Below, piece by piece: positions 1 to 8,145 of a DNA stretch of 23,057 nucleotides; position 1 is the stretch's first letter; every line of letters begins with the position of its first letter. A program made the position numbers and the translations under genes. The stretch covers positions 1 through 23,057 of the forward strand of contig JANRKO010000053.1 of the NCBI GenBank assembly GCA_033763455.1, in the 5' to 3' direction. The notes below the pieces were generated by a model. It had not been told where the DNA came from. It was given only the letters and a program-made list of their open reading frames with translations, and ran no database searches. Source of the stretch: Polyangiaceae bacterium (GTDB lineage: Bacteria; Myxococcota_A; Polyangia; Polyangiales; Polyangiaceae).

Positions 1-132
1 CATCACCCGCCCTTTCAAAGTGTACGGGTTTACGCCGTGTTTCTTAGCCAACTCGTGATACGTCGCGCCGCCTGCACGGTACTCCTCCACCACCGAGTTC
101 CAGAACTTATCGTCTCGTCGCTCAACTTTCAT
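1..132 (-). CDS. tnpA: IS66 accessory protein TnpA-like (HTH), N-terminal 44 aa only
   Basis: Manual translation gives MKVERRDDKFWNSVVEEYRAGGATYHELAKKHGVNPYTLKGRVM, open to the edge. The pattern FWxxxVxxYxxxGxTxxExAxxHGVxxxTL is typical of IS66 TnpA HTH proteins. Not in the ORF track. Confidence 0.7.
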   Translation of the reverse strand, partial: MKVERRDDKFWNSVVEEYRAGGATYHELAKKHGVNPYTLKGRVM

Positions 133-191
133 CGGCCACAAATAGCCCGAACGCCGACCTCATCAGGCCGTGTACTTCACGCTACGGTTAC
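1..191 (-). mobile_element. Left end of an IS66-family insertion sequence, running off the window edge
   Basis: The minus strand from 191 reads GTAACCGTAGCGTGAAGTACAC, matching the GTAA-initiated terminal IR style of IS66. A TnpA-like HTH ORF starts 59 nt inside (ATG at 132). The right end and second IR are not in the window. Confidence 0.75.
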
Positions 192-517
192 ACTCAATCG
201 CCGAATACGCAGCCCCAAGCCCCACCACCCACCATCATTCCCTTCGCCTGCCGCCGCACGCCCTTGCTTGCACCCCGGGCGAGTAGCAAGTCGCCTCCTA
301 AGAGGAGAACCAGCAGGGCAGATAAGTTACGAATCCGGGGAGGCTTGTGGCAGCGCGAACAACTGGGCTAGAATGCCACCACTTGGGACGAAAGAAATCA
401 ACAAATGGCATGGCTGACTCTTTCGCGGGCCACATCAGCAAGCAAATCTTCACCAATCCTACCCGTAACAGAAGGCCGCCCGGCACAGGAACTCAGCTAG
501 CTCGCCCGCCGCAAGAC

Positions 518-3500
518 TCACTGACAGGTGAGCCCGTTGCAGGTGCCACCACAGGTAACATTGCCGCTTTGCGCATAGGTCCTGTTCCAACCGCTGGCTG
601 CAACGAGGGCCGCCTTCAGTGCGGTGGGATGACAAGACGGCAGCTGAGGGTTGTTCTGCACCGTCAAGTTACCAGCCAGATTCGCAAGCTTTCCCGTGCC
701 CACTGAAGGTGCAATCAAGCCTGCGATGGATGTGAGCAGAGCGTTTTGGTTGATCTGCAGGTAATCTGCGGTGGTAGTGCCCACAGAAGTGAGGTTCAGA
801 AGGCCGTTGAGCGATAGAAGCGCGTTGTTGTAGTAGATGTTGAAATAACCACCGACGGTCGTAAGCGCACTGAGCCCGATGCTCTGAAGCGCCTGATTGT
901 TGTAGAAGTAGACGCGACCATTGACGCTTTGCAGACTGGTAAGGCCCACAGTTTGCAGCGCGGCATTAGACTGAACTTCGAAGTGACCTCCAATGGTTTG
1001 CAGGCCATTTAGGCCGTTCAGATTCTGGAGCTGGCCATTACTGCTTACGAAGAGATCCTTACTGACCGACTTCAGGTTCGTGATGCCACCCACATTGGTG
1101 AGCGCCGTACTTTCTACCTTGAGGAAGCCGGTAATGCTCGACACATATTTCATCCAGGACAAATCCACGGCGTTCACCACCTGAATGTCACCGAGGTAGG
1201 TTCCACTCTGATTGTCGGTGGGGTTGGTGCTACTCACGGTGCAGGCCGCCACAGTGCACGCAGAGCAGGGCAGGTTCGCGCCACTCTGGTCGGCCACAGT
1301 GCCCAGGGTGGCGCGCAGCGTGTTCACTTCACAGCTCGAGAGCACGGGGTTGCCGACTACGAAGTAATTGTTTCCAAGGCTCCCGCTGTGCAACGTTCCC
1401 GAGCGCAAGCCAGCAAGACCGCCCAGCATAGGATTGGAGGCCACGACGAGATTCAGCCCGATCGATGAAACACTATCCATTCCGTCGAATTGAGCAAGCA
1501 CGTCGTTGTCTCGCACAATGAGCGAACTGCCAATCGTTGTAAGATTCGTGAAGCCCGCGACCGATGTAAGCTTGATATTATTCGCAATATTCAGGCTTCC
1601 GTTCACGTCCGTCAAAGCGCCGAATCCTGAGAGCGAGGTGAGGCCATTATCGCGGATATCAATATTAGCGTTGGCCACTTTGAAGAGCGTAAATCCTGCA
1701 ATACTGCTCAACATCGGATTGTTGTAGATTGAGAGCGAGCCGCCGATGTTGTCGAGCTTCTCGAATCCATTCGTCGCGTCCAGCGTGCCAAGCTTCGCAT
1801 TGTCGTAAATGTCCAGGGAGCCATAGATGGATGTGAGGTTGGAGAATCCACCAATTGTCGTCAGCAACGCATTCGTGTAAATCTTAAGGTGACCTGGCGA
1901 GACCGTTGTCAGCCCATCAAAACCATTGATAGAAACCAACGCTCCATTGCCGTTGATGGTCACGTCCCCACCCACGGTACCAAGGACTGCAAAGCCATTG
2001 ACAGTCGAGAGTGCAGCATTAGAGGCGATCGTGAGATACTTCCCAACGGAGGTGAGCATGCCGAAACCGCTGAGATCGGCAAGCGTACCGTTGCCGGTAA
2101 TCGCTAGGTAGTCACCCACTGACGTAAGCTTACTGAACCCGCTTCCGAATGTTGCTACGCCCGCGTTCTGACCGATGTTGAGGTATGTCCCCACAGAGGT
2201 GAGGCTGGAGATGCCTCCCAAGCTCGTAATTGCGTTGTTATAGTAGATATTGAGGTAGGTTCCGATGGTGGCGAGCTTGGTGAGCCCAACCGACTGGAGC
2301 GCCTGGTTGTTGTACAAGTAGAGGTAGTTGCCAATCGTCGTGAGATTGCCGAGGCCCGTCAGGCTGCTCAGCTGGGCGTTGGAAACGATGCTCACGTAGC
2401 CGTCAACCGTCTGAAGATTGTTGAGGCCCGTCAGGCTCGTTAGCACTGAATTGTTCTCAATCCTGAGATTGCCTCTGATACGGACCAGATTGTTCCCAAG
2501 AGCAGTAATCGAGGTGAGCGCAGTACCGGTGATGGTGAGGTCACCTGTTATCTCAGTCACGTTGACCAACGTTTGCAAATCCGACACAGTCTGAATCGTC
2601 ACACTGCCTGTGTAGACCCCATTTTGCCCAGCTGTGCCGCCGGAAGTTCCCGTGCATACGCCCAGGGTGCAGGCTGTGCAGCCGAGGTTACAGCAGCTGC
2701 TATCTTGACCTGCCCACGGGGTCGGACTTGAGAGTAGATTCACCTTTAGTTGTTCGACCGCGCAGGTGGACAGCATGGGGTTGTTAGAGATCGCAAACTC
2801 ATTGCCGAGGCTCTGAAGCCCATTAAGCAAAGCGTTGATGCTGTTCAGCTTCAGGTTGTTCTTGACCCAGAGATCGGTGCCAATACTCGTAAGCTTTGCC
2901 ATCCCGTCGAAATTGGTGAGATTGCCGTTATGGATAACACTCAGGCGGCCACCAACCTGCGTAAGGGCGCCAAACCCACCCACCGACGCGAGTGCCGGGT
3001 TGTCCTCGATGTTGAGGCGCCCCACAACCTCCGCGAGTTTCGGAAACCCAGAAATAGAGGACAAGAGTGTGTTGTCGTGGATCTCAATGTGCCTGTTGAC
3101 ACCCAAGAGGCCACCGAACCCCGAAATCATGGTCATGACTGGATTGTTGTAAATCAACACATCGTTGCCCACCAACGCTAACGCGCCAAATCCATTAATC
3201 TCTGAGAGAAGGGCGTTGTCGTAGAGCGTCACGATCCCCGATACATTTTGGAGTGACGAAAACCCGGCAATCCCTGTGAGAGCTGCATTCGTGTGGATAT
3301 CCAGCTTGGTAGTCTCCGTAAGCTTGGGGAAGCCTGTGAGGCTCGTTAGCTTGCTATTGCTGTTGATGACTACGCCTCCTGAAGTTAGCAGGTTCCCAAA
3401 ACCTCCTACCGCAAGAGAAGAGCCGTTGTGGCTGCTGATCGTAACAGTGCCCGCAACGGACGTGAGTGTCTGAAACCCATCCAGACTCTGAAGTGAGCCA

Positions 3501-5233
3501 TTATTGTTGATAGTGAGGTACCCGTTCGCTGGATTGGCGCCGCCCACGGTGGCCAATGCCGGAAATACGCCAGTCCCAAGTGCGGTAAGCGCACCGTTCT
3601 GGTCAATATTCAGATAGCTATCCACATCGGCCAATACCGGGAAAGCGATGCTATTGAGTCCGTTGTTGTAGTAAACGCTCAGATAACCGTAGACCTTTAC
3701 TAGGCTCGTCAACCCAGTAAGGCTAGTCAGGGCCTGGTTGTTATAAAAGTCGAGATGGCCGCCGACCGTCCGCACGGCGCCGAGCCCAGTGACGTTGGTA
3801 AGAGCCGCATTACTCGTCACGGCGAGAGACCCGCCAATGGTTGTGAGGCCAGAAAGCCCCGCCAAGCTGTTCAATGAACCATTATTGCTGACCGTTACAT
3901 TGCCGCCCACGTACTGCAGGTTTCCCAGACCCGTGAGATTGGTGAGGCTGGTGCCGCTGATCGTGAGATTGCCTGAGATGCACGTGGTGCCTGAACTGAA
4001 ATTCGCGAGATCCGTACTATTTGCGATAGTCACGTTGCCGGGTGTTATGACCCCTCCGAGGCACTCGGTTGGGACGATCTCATTGCCGCAAGTCCCCGAA
4101 ATGCACGTCGGCAGATTGCCGCCGCACACTTGCTTGCTGCCACACGTGGTTCCGCAACTGCTCGTAAGATTCAGATTCACTTCGCACGAATTGGTTGCTT
4201 CGTTGTCGCAGTTTCGACTCCCTTGGCCACACGGAACACAACCCAACACGCCGGTGCAGGTCTCCGTCTCGCTCGCGCAATTCACCGGGGCTCCCCATTG
4301 CCCGTTCGTGCACGTTTGCTGAGCGGTACCGACACTCGCACACCGCTTGCGGCCTTCGATACAAGCCGATCCGCCGCTTCCGCCAGTGCCCCCACTTCCC
4401 CCCGCACCAATCGTTCCGCCTGTTCCGCCTGTTCCCCCTGTTCCCCCCGCACTCGGCGTTCCACCCGAGCTTACCACGCCGCCGCTTCCAGGGCTCCCAC
4501 CGTCGCTTGGCGAACCTCCGCTGCTCATCTCCCCTCCGGCGCCAGGCGTTCCGCCACTACCTACCTCCCCGCCGCTACCCATTTCCCCACCAGCTCCGGG
4601 GCTCCCACCGTCGCTTGGTGAGCCACCACTGCCATTGACCTCTCCACCGGTACCGCCCGCACCCACGCCACCACCGGTTCCCGGCTGGCCGCCCATGGCA
4701 TTACCAGTTCCACCAGAGCCAGGAGTTCCGGGTGGCGCACCGATGAGCCTGCCGTCAGCCCCGATCTCGGAGGGTTCTGCGCAAACGTTCTGCACACAGA
4801 TTTGCTTCTTTACGCAGTCCCGATCGGCTTTACATTCATTGCGACATTGGCCATCCACCGCACACACGAGGGGTGAATCGCACTCGGAGTTGAACTGGCA
4901 CTTCTTCACGGATGGCAAGACGCACACGTTATTCATGGGTGCGCTTTCGCTCGCCGTGCCGGCGGCTCCGGCGCTATTCCCAGATGTAAACTTCAAACAG
5001 CGTTGAGGCGACGGGCAATCTTCCGTGGCCGCACACTGCGCATGGCAAATCCCAAATCCGCAAATGAGCCCGCTGCCGCAATCGCTATTGAGCATGCAGC
5101 TCTTATCGCCGGCCGGCAGTGCTGGATCCGAGCTACAGGCGCCGGCCAGCCCCATACCAAGGCTCAAACACCCGACCATCAGTGACCAACGAACCCACTT
5201 TACGAGCGACCACTCTTTCACTGAAGCAGACAT
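518..5233 (-). CDS. Giant lipoprotein (~1571 aa): lipobox, Cys-rich N-domain, Gly-rich spacer, Cys-rich segment, three receptor-L-domain-like (LRR-type beta-solenoid) modules
   Basis: The ATG at 5233 is preceded by AAAGAGG, so it is preferred over the ORF-track start at 5290. A hydrophobic stretch ends in LAGA-C. Repeats of ~24-25 aa (LxxLxGLxxLxxVGGxLxIxxNxxL) form an Asn ladder. Each block has an N-cap (GxVxI...DL...IxGxLxI) and a C-cap (NPxLxxC) followed by a Cys-rich linker. Confidence 0.85.
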   Translation of the reverse strand: MSASVKEWSLVKWVRWSLMVGCLSLGMGLAGACSSDPALPAGDKSCMLNSDCGSGLICGFGICHAQCAATEDCPSPQRCLKFTSGNSAGAAGTASESAPMNNVCVLPSVKKCQFNSECDSPLVCAVDGQCRNECKADRDCVKKQICVQNVCAEPSEIGADGRLIGAPPGTPGSGGTGNAMGGQPGTGGGVGAGGTGGEVNGSGGSPSDGGSPGAGGEMGSGGEVGSGGTPGAGGEMSSGGSPSDGGSPGSGGVVSSGGTPSAGGTGGTGGTGGTIGAGGSGGTGGSGGSACIEGRKRCASVGTAQQTCTNGQWGAPVNCASETETCTGVLGCVPCGQGSRNCDNEATNSCEVNLNLTSSCGTTCGSKQVCGGNLPTCISGTCGNEIVPTECLGGVITPGNVTIANSTDLANFSSGTTCISGNLTISGTSLTNLTGLGNLQYVGGNVTVSNNGSLNSLAGLSGLTTIGGSLAVTSNAALTNVTGLGAVRTVGGHLDFYNNQALTSLTGLTSLVKVYGYLSVYYNNGLNSIAFPVLADVDSYLNIDQNGALTALGTGVFPALATVGGANPANGYLTINNNGSLQSLDGFQTLTSVAGTVTISSHNGSSLAVGGFGNLLTSGGVVINSNSKLTSLTGFPKLTETTKLDIHTNAALTGIAGFSSLQNVSGIVTLYDNALLSEINGFGALALVGNDVLIYNNPVMTMISGFGGLLGVNRHIEIHDNTLLSSISGFPKLAEVVGRLNIEDNPALASVGGFGALTQVGGRLSVIHNGNLTNFDGMAKLTSIGTDLWVKNNLKLNSINALLNGLQSLGNEFAISNNPMLSTCAVEQLKVNLLSSPTPWAGQDSSCCNLGCTACTLGVCTGTSGGTAGQNGVYTGSVTIQTVSDLQTLVNVTEITGDLTITGTALTSITALGNNLVRIRGNLRIENNSVLTSLTGLNNLQTVDGYVSIVSNAQLSSLTGLGNLTTIGNYLYLYNNQALQSVGLTKLATIGTYLNIYYNNAITSLGGISSLTSVGTYLNIGQNAGVATFGSGFSKLTSVGDYLAITGNGTLADLSGFGMLTSVGKYLTIASNAALSTVNGFAVLGTVGGDVTINGNGALVSINGFDGLTTVSPGHLKIYTNALLTTIGGFSNLTSIYGSLDIYDNAKLGTLDATNGFEKLDNIGGSLSIYNNPMLSSIAGFTLFKVANANIDIRDNGLTSLSGFGALTDVNGSLNIANNIKLTSVAGFTNLTTIGSSLIVRDNDVLAQFDGMDSVSSIGLNLVVASNPMLGGLAGLRSGTLHSGSLGNNYFVVGNPVLSSCEVNTLRATLGTVADQSGANLPCSACTVAACTVSSTNPTDNQSGTYLGDIQVVNAVDLSWMKYVSSITGFLKVESTALTNVGGITNLKSVSKDLFVSSNGQLQNLNGLNGLQTIGGHFEVQSNAALQTVGLTSLQSVNGRVYFYNNQALQSIGLSALTTVGGYFNIYYNNALLSLNGLLNLTSVGTTTADYLQINQNALLTSIAGLIAPSVGTGKLANLAGNLTVQNNPQLPSCHPTALKAALVAASGWNRTYAQSGNVTCGGTCNGLTCQ
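4364..4741 (-). repeat. Gly-rich low-complexity spacer with 6-aa (18-nt) periodicity and a 108-nt duplication
   Basis: Units read GGSPSD GGSPGA GGEMGS GGEVGS GGTPGA GGEMSS GGSPSD GGSPGS GGVVSS GGTPSA GGTGGT. The identical 20-mer GGGCTCCCACCGTCGCTTGG occurs at 4491-4510 and 4599-4618. There are 9-nt GTTCC(G/C)CCT tandem units near 4413-4448. Confidence 0.85.
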
Positions 5234-5414
5234 ACGAGACCTCTTTTTGGGAGCTAAGCTGGGCATGCACATGCGGGCAGCCGAACGCACTTCTCAAATA
5301 TCGCTCCCCTCTACACGGTCTTGTCGACGCTGGATAGATGAAAGTGTGACTCACGGGGGCGGCCCTTCTCGTGATACTTTGTCTATGGCAATCTTGGGTC
5401 AGCGTGCTTTTTGT

Positions 5415-6461
5415 ATGAATTCATATCGCTTTTCACCGTCCGGTCTTAGTTTTCGGGGTGTCCGACTCGTCCTCATGGGTGCCACCTTGTTGCTACCCGC
5501 ACTCGCCCCTTCGGGCTGTGGAGAGTCCACATCCTGCACCCCTGGTCAGTCCATCGCCTGCGCCGGAAACGGCTGCATGGGACACCAGGTGTGTGCTGCA
5601 GATGGAAAGTCCTACGGCGAATGCCAATGTGATTCAAATCAAGGACAATTTCCCGCAAAAGGGCCCAACTCCGGCTTGATTGGCGCCGCTTGCACGGGCG
5701 CCGCAGACTGCCGTGCTGGCTTTGATTGCCTCACGGCCGATTCGAAAGTCATCAACGGCAGCGGGCCTAGTGCGGGCATTTGCCTCGTCAAATGCGTACC
5801 CGAACACGATTTTTGCAAAGAGCTCGACGCGCGCTCGAAATGTATCGTCGTGGACAATGGCAGTACGCCCGCGAACACACTGGATGACATCGCGTACTGC
5901 CTTCCGGGCTGCCAGATGGGCACCCAGGCGAATGACCTGGATAAGTGTCGCGGTCGTGTCGACATGGTGTGCAGCGAGTCTCTATTGGGTTCGGGAACGG
6001 GATATTGCATTCCGGCATGCCGAGCGGACCTCGATTGTGCTGGCCGCCACTGCAACCTAGACAGTGGCCTCTGCCAAGATGCTCCCCCCACAGGAGATCC
6101 CATTGGAGCGGCGTGCACGCCCGGGCAGGCAAAGTCGTGTGCCGGCAAATGCGTCGATCAGGGAGCAGCCTATGCAGAGTGCACGGGCACCTGCAGCTTC
6201 GACACACCGGGCTGCGGACAGAACGACAACACCTTGCCGTTGAATTTCTACTGCTACCGGGACCCATCTAAAGGCCTAGGGACGCCTCCCGGCGCTTCGG
6301 ATTTGGGCTACTGCACCAAGCTCTGCGATCGCAATGCAGACTGTGGACGCTCCGATGGCGTGTGTGAGCCACAACCTACGCTTCAGCCGAAGACGGGTCG
6401 AGCCGGTGTGTGCGGCTCGAAGCTGCTACCCGGTGGGGGCGCTCGTCCTAACATCCCGTAA
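5415..6461 (+). CDS. Cys-rich secreted protein, probable lipoprotein (35 Cys)
   Basis: Hydrophobic segment LVLMGATLLLPALAPSG-C (imperfect lipobox) is followed by CxxxxDCxxxxxC-type repeats, with internal repeats IGAACT x2 and CTPGQxxxCAG x2. The start is uncertain (ATG at 5385, 5415 or 5475). The ORF-track extension back to 5025 overlaps the opposite-strand gene. Confidence 0.8.
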   Translation: MNSYRFSPSGLSFRGVRLVLMGATLLLPALAPSGCGESTSCTPGQSIACAGNGCMGHQVCAADGKSYGECQCDSNQGQFPAKGPNSGLIGAACTGAADCRAGFDCLTADSKVINGSGPSAGICLVKCVPEHDFCKELDARSKCIVVDNGSTPANTLDDIAYCLPGCQMGTQANDLDKCRGRVDMVCSESLLGSGTGYCIPACRADLDCAGRHCNLDSGLCQDAPPTGDPIGAACTPGQAKSCAGKCVDQGAAYAECTGTCSFDTPGCGQNDNTLPLNFYCYRDPSKGLGTPPGASDLGYCTKLCDRNADCGRSDGVCEPQPTLQPKTGRAGVCGSKLLPGGGARPNIP

Positions 6462-6508
6462 GTGCGGAGGCCCTATCCGAACAGCTCAAGCCGTGGTAGC
6501 CCGAGCGT

Positions 6509-8098
6509 GTGAAAGCTGCGTTTTCTAACCGATGTTTGGCGCAGAGCCTGCGCCGCGGCCGGGGGCTGTTTGTTGCCCTTCTAGTCTTTGCGCAACTACC
6601 GGCATCTGTGGTTCGCGCCGCTGATTCACCACTTCCTGCCACGGCAACAACACCCGCGGCTTTAGGCGATGCGCAAAAGGCAGAGGCGGCTGAGCGATTC
6701 GAGCGTGGGCTCAAGCTCTTTGACAGCAACGATAACGCCGGAGCGTTGGCAGAATTCAAGCGCACCTACGAGATCATGCCGAATCCGGTCGTGCTCTTTA
6801 ACATCGGGCTGGTCTACGCGGCAATGCGCCGGCCAGTCGATGCCGTGGATGCACTCGAGCCGGCGATCAAAAGCGGTGCCTTATCGCCGGCCCAGCTGGA
6901 GCGCGCGCAGCTCACTTTGGCAGACCAAAAGGCCCGCGTCGGTAAGTTGATGGTTACCACCACCCCGCCAGAGGGAGCTCGCATCGAGTTGGACGGCATT
7001 GCCGTCGCTAAAACGCCCCTTGGGGAGCCCCTCCGGATTTCCGAAGGAAGTCATTTGGTAAGCGTGGTGGCAGAGGGGTTCGCACCGGCACGGAAAGAGA
7101 TCCTCATCGCAGGAAACTCTGAGGTAACCGTACATCTCGACCTCGTGCCCACCCAAGGGAAACGCCTGGCAAACGTCAACGTGCGCAGTCGCACGGTTGG
7201 CGCAGAGGTTGTCCTCGACGGGCAAGTCGTCGGCAGGACACCCCTTAGCAATTCGATCAGCATGATCGCGGGGCGCCATGTTGTGGAAGTGCGACGCCCT
7301 GGGTACACAACGGCGCGGCGCGAGTTGGATTTGGGAGAAGGGGCAACCGGTGAAGTGAACGCCGATCTCGAGGTTGACACGGCTGCCCTAACAAAAGACG
7401 GGGCTACCCTTGTAGTCGAAGCGAGTGAATCGCCGATTGAGGTCCGGGTCGATGGCGGCCCCCAAAAAGCTTATGTGGCCCCACTCCGGCTACCGAAGGG
7501 GACCCACCACCTGATGATCACCTCCCCCGGTTTCATCCCCTACGAACGAGAGATCACCCTTGTTGCAACCCGGACGAATACTCTGCGGGTTGTGTTAGAA
7601 CCCACTCTGGAAACGCGTGACCAGCACAAGAGCCGCGCACGTTTTCATCAAGTTGCGGGCTGGGCTGGAGTTATAGGCGGAGGGCTCTTGGCTGGCGGAG
7701 GCGCGGCTCTCGGTTTCACCACCGCCCCGGACAAAGACCGAGCTGACCGACAACTTGCGGACATCCAAGCCAAATCCGCCAACAATGAGCCCCCATGTGA
7801 CGCGGGCTTTGCCGCCGAAGCCAATCAACCTCTGGGGATGCGCGGCTCCTATTGGTGCGACAAGTCCTTCGCTGATGCACAAAGCAAGGTCGACTCTGCC
7901 GATACTCGCATGCTCATCGGGTACATTGGGGCCGGCGTGGGCGGCGCCGTGGCCATCACCGGCGTCGTGCTCCTTCTGACGGGGGACGACCCGGACAAGT
8001 ATGAACATCGTTCGGCGGCCACTGGCGGTAAGCGCACACGCATTGCACTCACTCCGGGACCTGGGGATGTCGGCTACGCCCTGAGCCTTGCGTTCTAA
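6509..8098 (+). CDS. TPR + 3x PEGA domain protein with C-terminal hydrophobic helical hairpin and Phe-terminated tail
   Basis: Signal peptide, then TPR-like AAERFERGLKLF...ALAEFKRTY...VLFNIGLVY. Three PEGA-like units (GKLMVTTTPPEGARIELDG...GxH; NVNVRSRTVGAEVVLDG...GRH; TLVVEASESPIEVRVDG...GTH). Two Gly-rich hydrophobic segments; ends GYALSLAF. GTG start uncertain. Confidence 0.85.
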   Translation: MKAAFSNRCLAQSLRRGRGLFVALLVFAQLPASVVRAADSPLPATATTPAALGDAQKAEAAERFERGLKLFDSNDNAGALAEFKRTYEIMPNPVVLFNIGLVYAAMRRPVDAVDALEPAIKSGALSPAQLERAQLTLADQKARVGKLMVTTTPPEGARIELDGIAVAKTPLGEPLRISEGSHLVSVVAEGFAPARKEILIAGNSEVTVHLDLVPTQGKRLANVNVRSRTVGAEVVLDGQVVGRTPLSNSISMIAGRHVVEVRRPGYTTARRELDLGEGATGEVNADLEVDTAALTKDGATLVVEASESPIEVRVDGGPQKAYVAPLRLPKGTHHLMITSPGFIPYEREITLVATRTNTLRVVLEPTLETRDQHKSRARFHQVAGWAGVIGGGLLAGGGAALGFTTAPDKDRADRQLADIQAKSANNEPPCDAGFAAEANQPLGMRGSYWCDKSFADAQSKVDSADTRMLIGYIGAGVGGAVAITGVVLLLTGDDPDKYEHRSAATGGKRTRIALTPGPGDVGYALSLAF

Positions 8099-8145
8099 AG
8101 GGCCGGACCGTCGCTGGTTACCTTGAGCGCATCGCTGCACGACGC

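Noticed and set aside
37..706. Short ORFs 37-417, 298-486 and 347-706
   Set aside because: No recognisable motifs; they cross the IS end or overlap the giant gene. The region 192-517 is treated as intergenic.
518..4063. Eukaryotic origin or contamination suggested by L-domain/Cys-rich repeats
   Set aside because: The gene has a bacterial RBS and lipobox, no introns, and is contiguous with typical bacterial genes.
4347..5006. 219-aa Pro-rich plus-strand ORF (and overlapping ORFs at 3789-4638)
   Set aside because: Antisense shadow of the Gly-rich spacer: GGN codons read as Pro on the other strand. No independent coding evidence.
5025..5414. N-terminal extension of the 478-aa ORF, implying a long head-to-head overlap with the giant gene
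   Set aside because: Signal peptides and the RBS place the real starts at 5233 (minus) and about 5385-5475 (plus), so the overlap is an artefact of longest-ORF calling.
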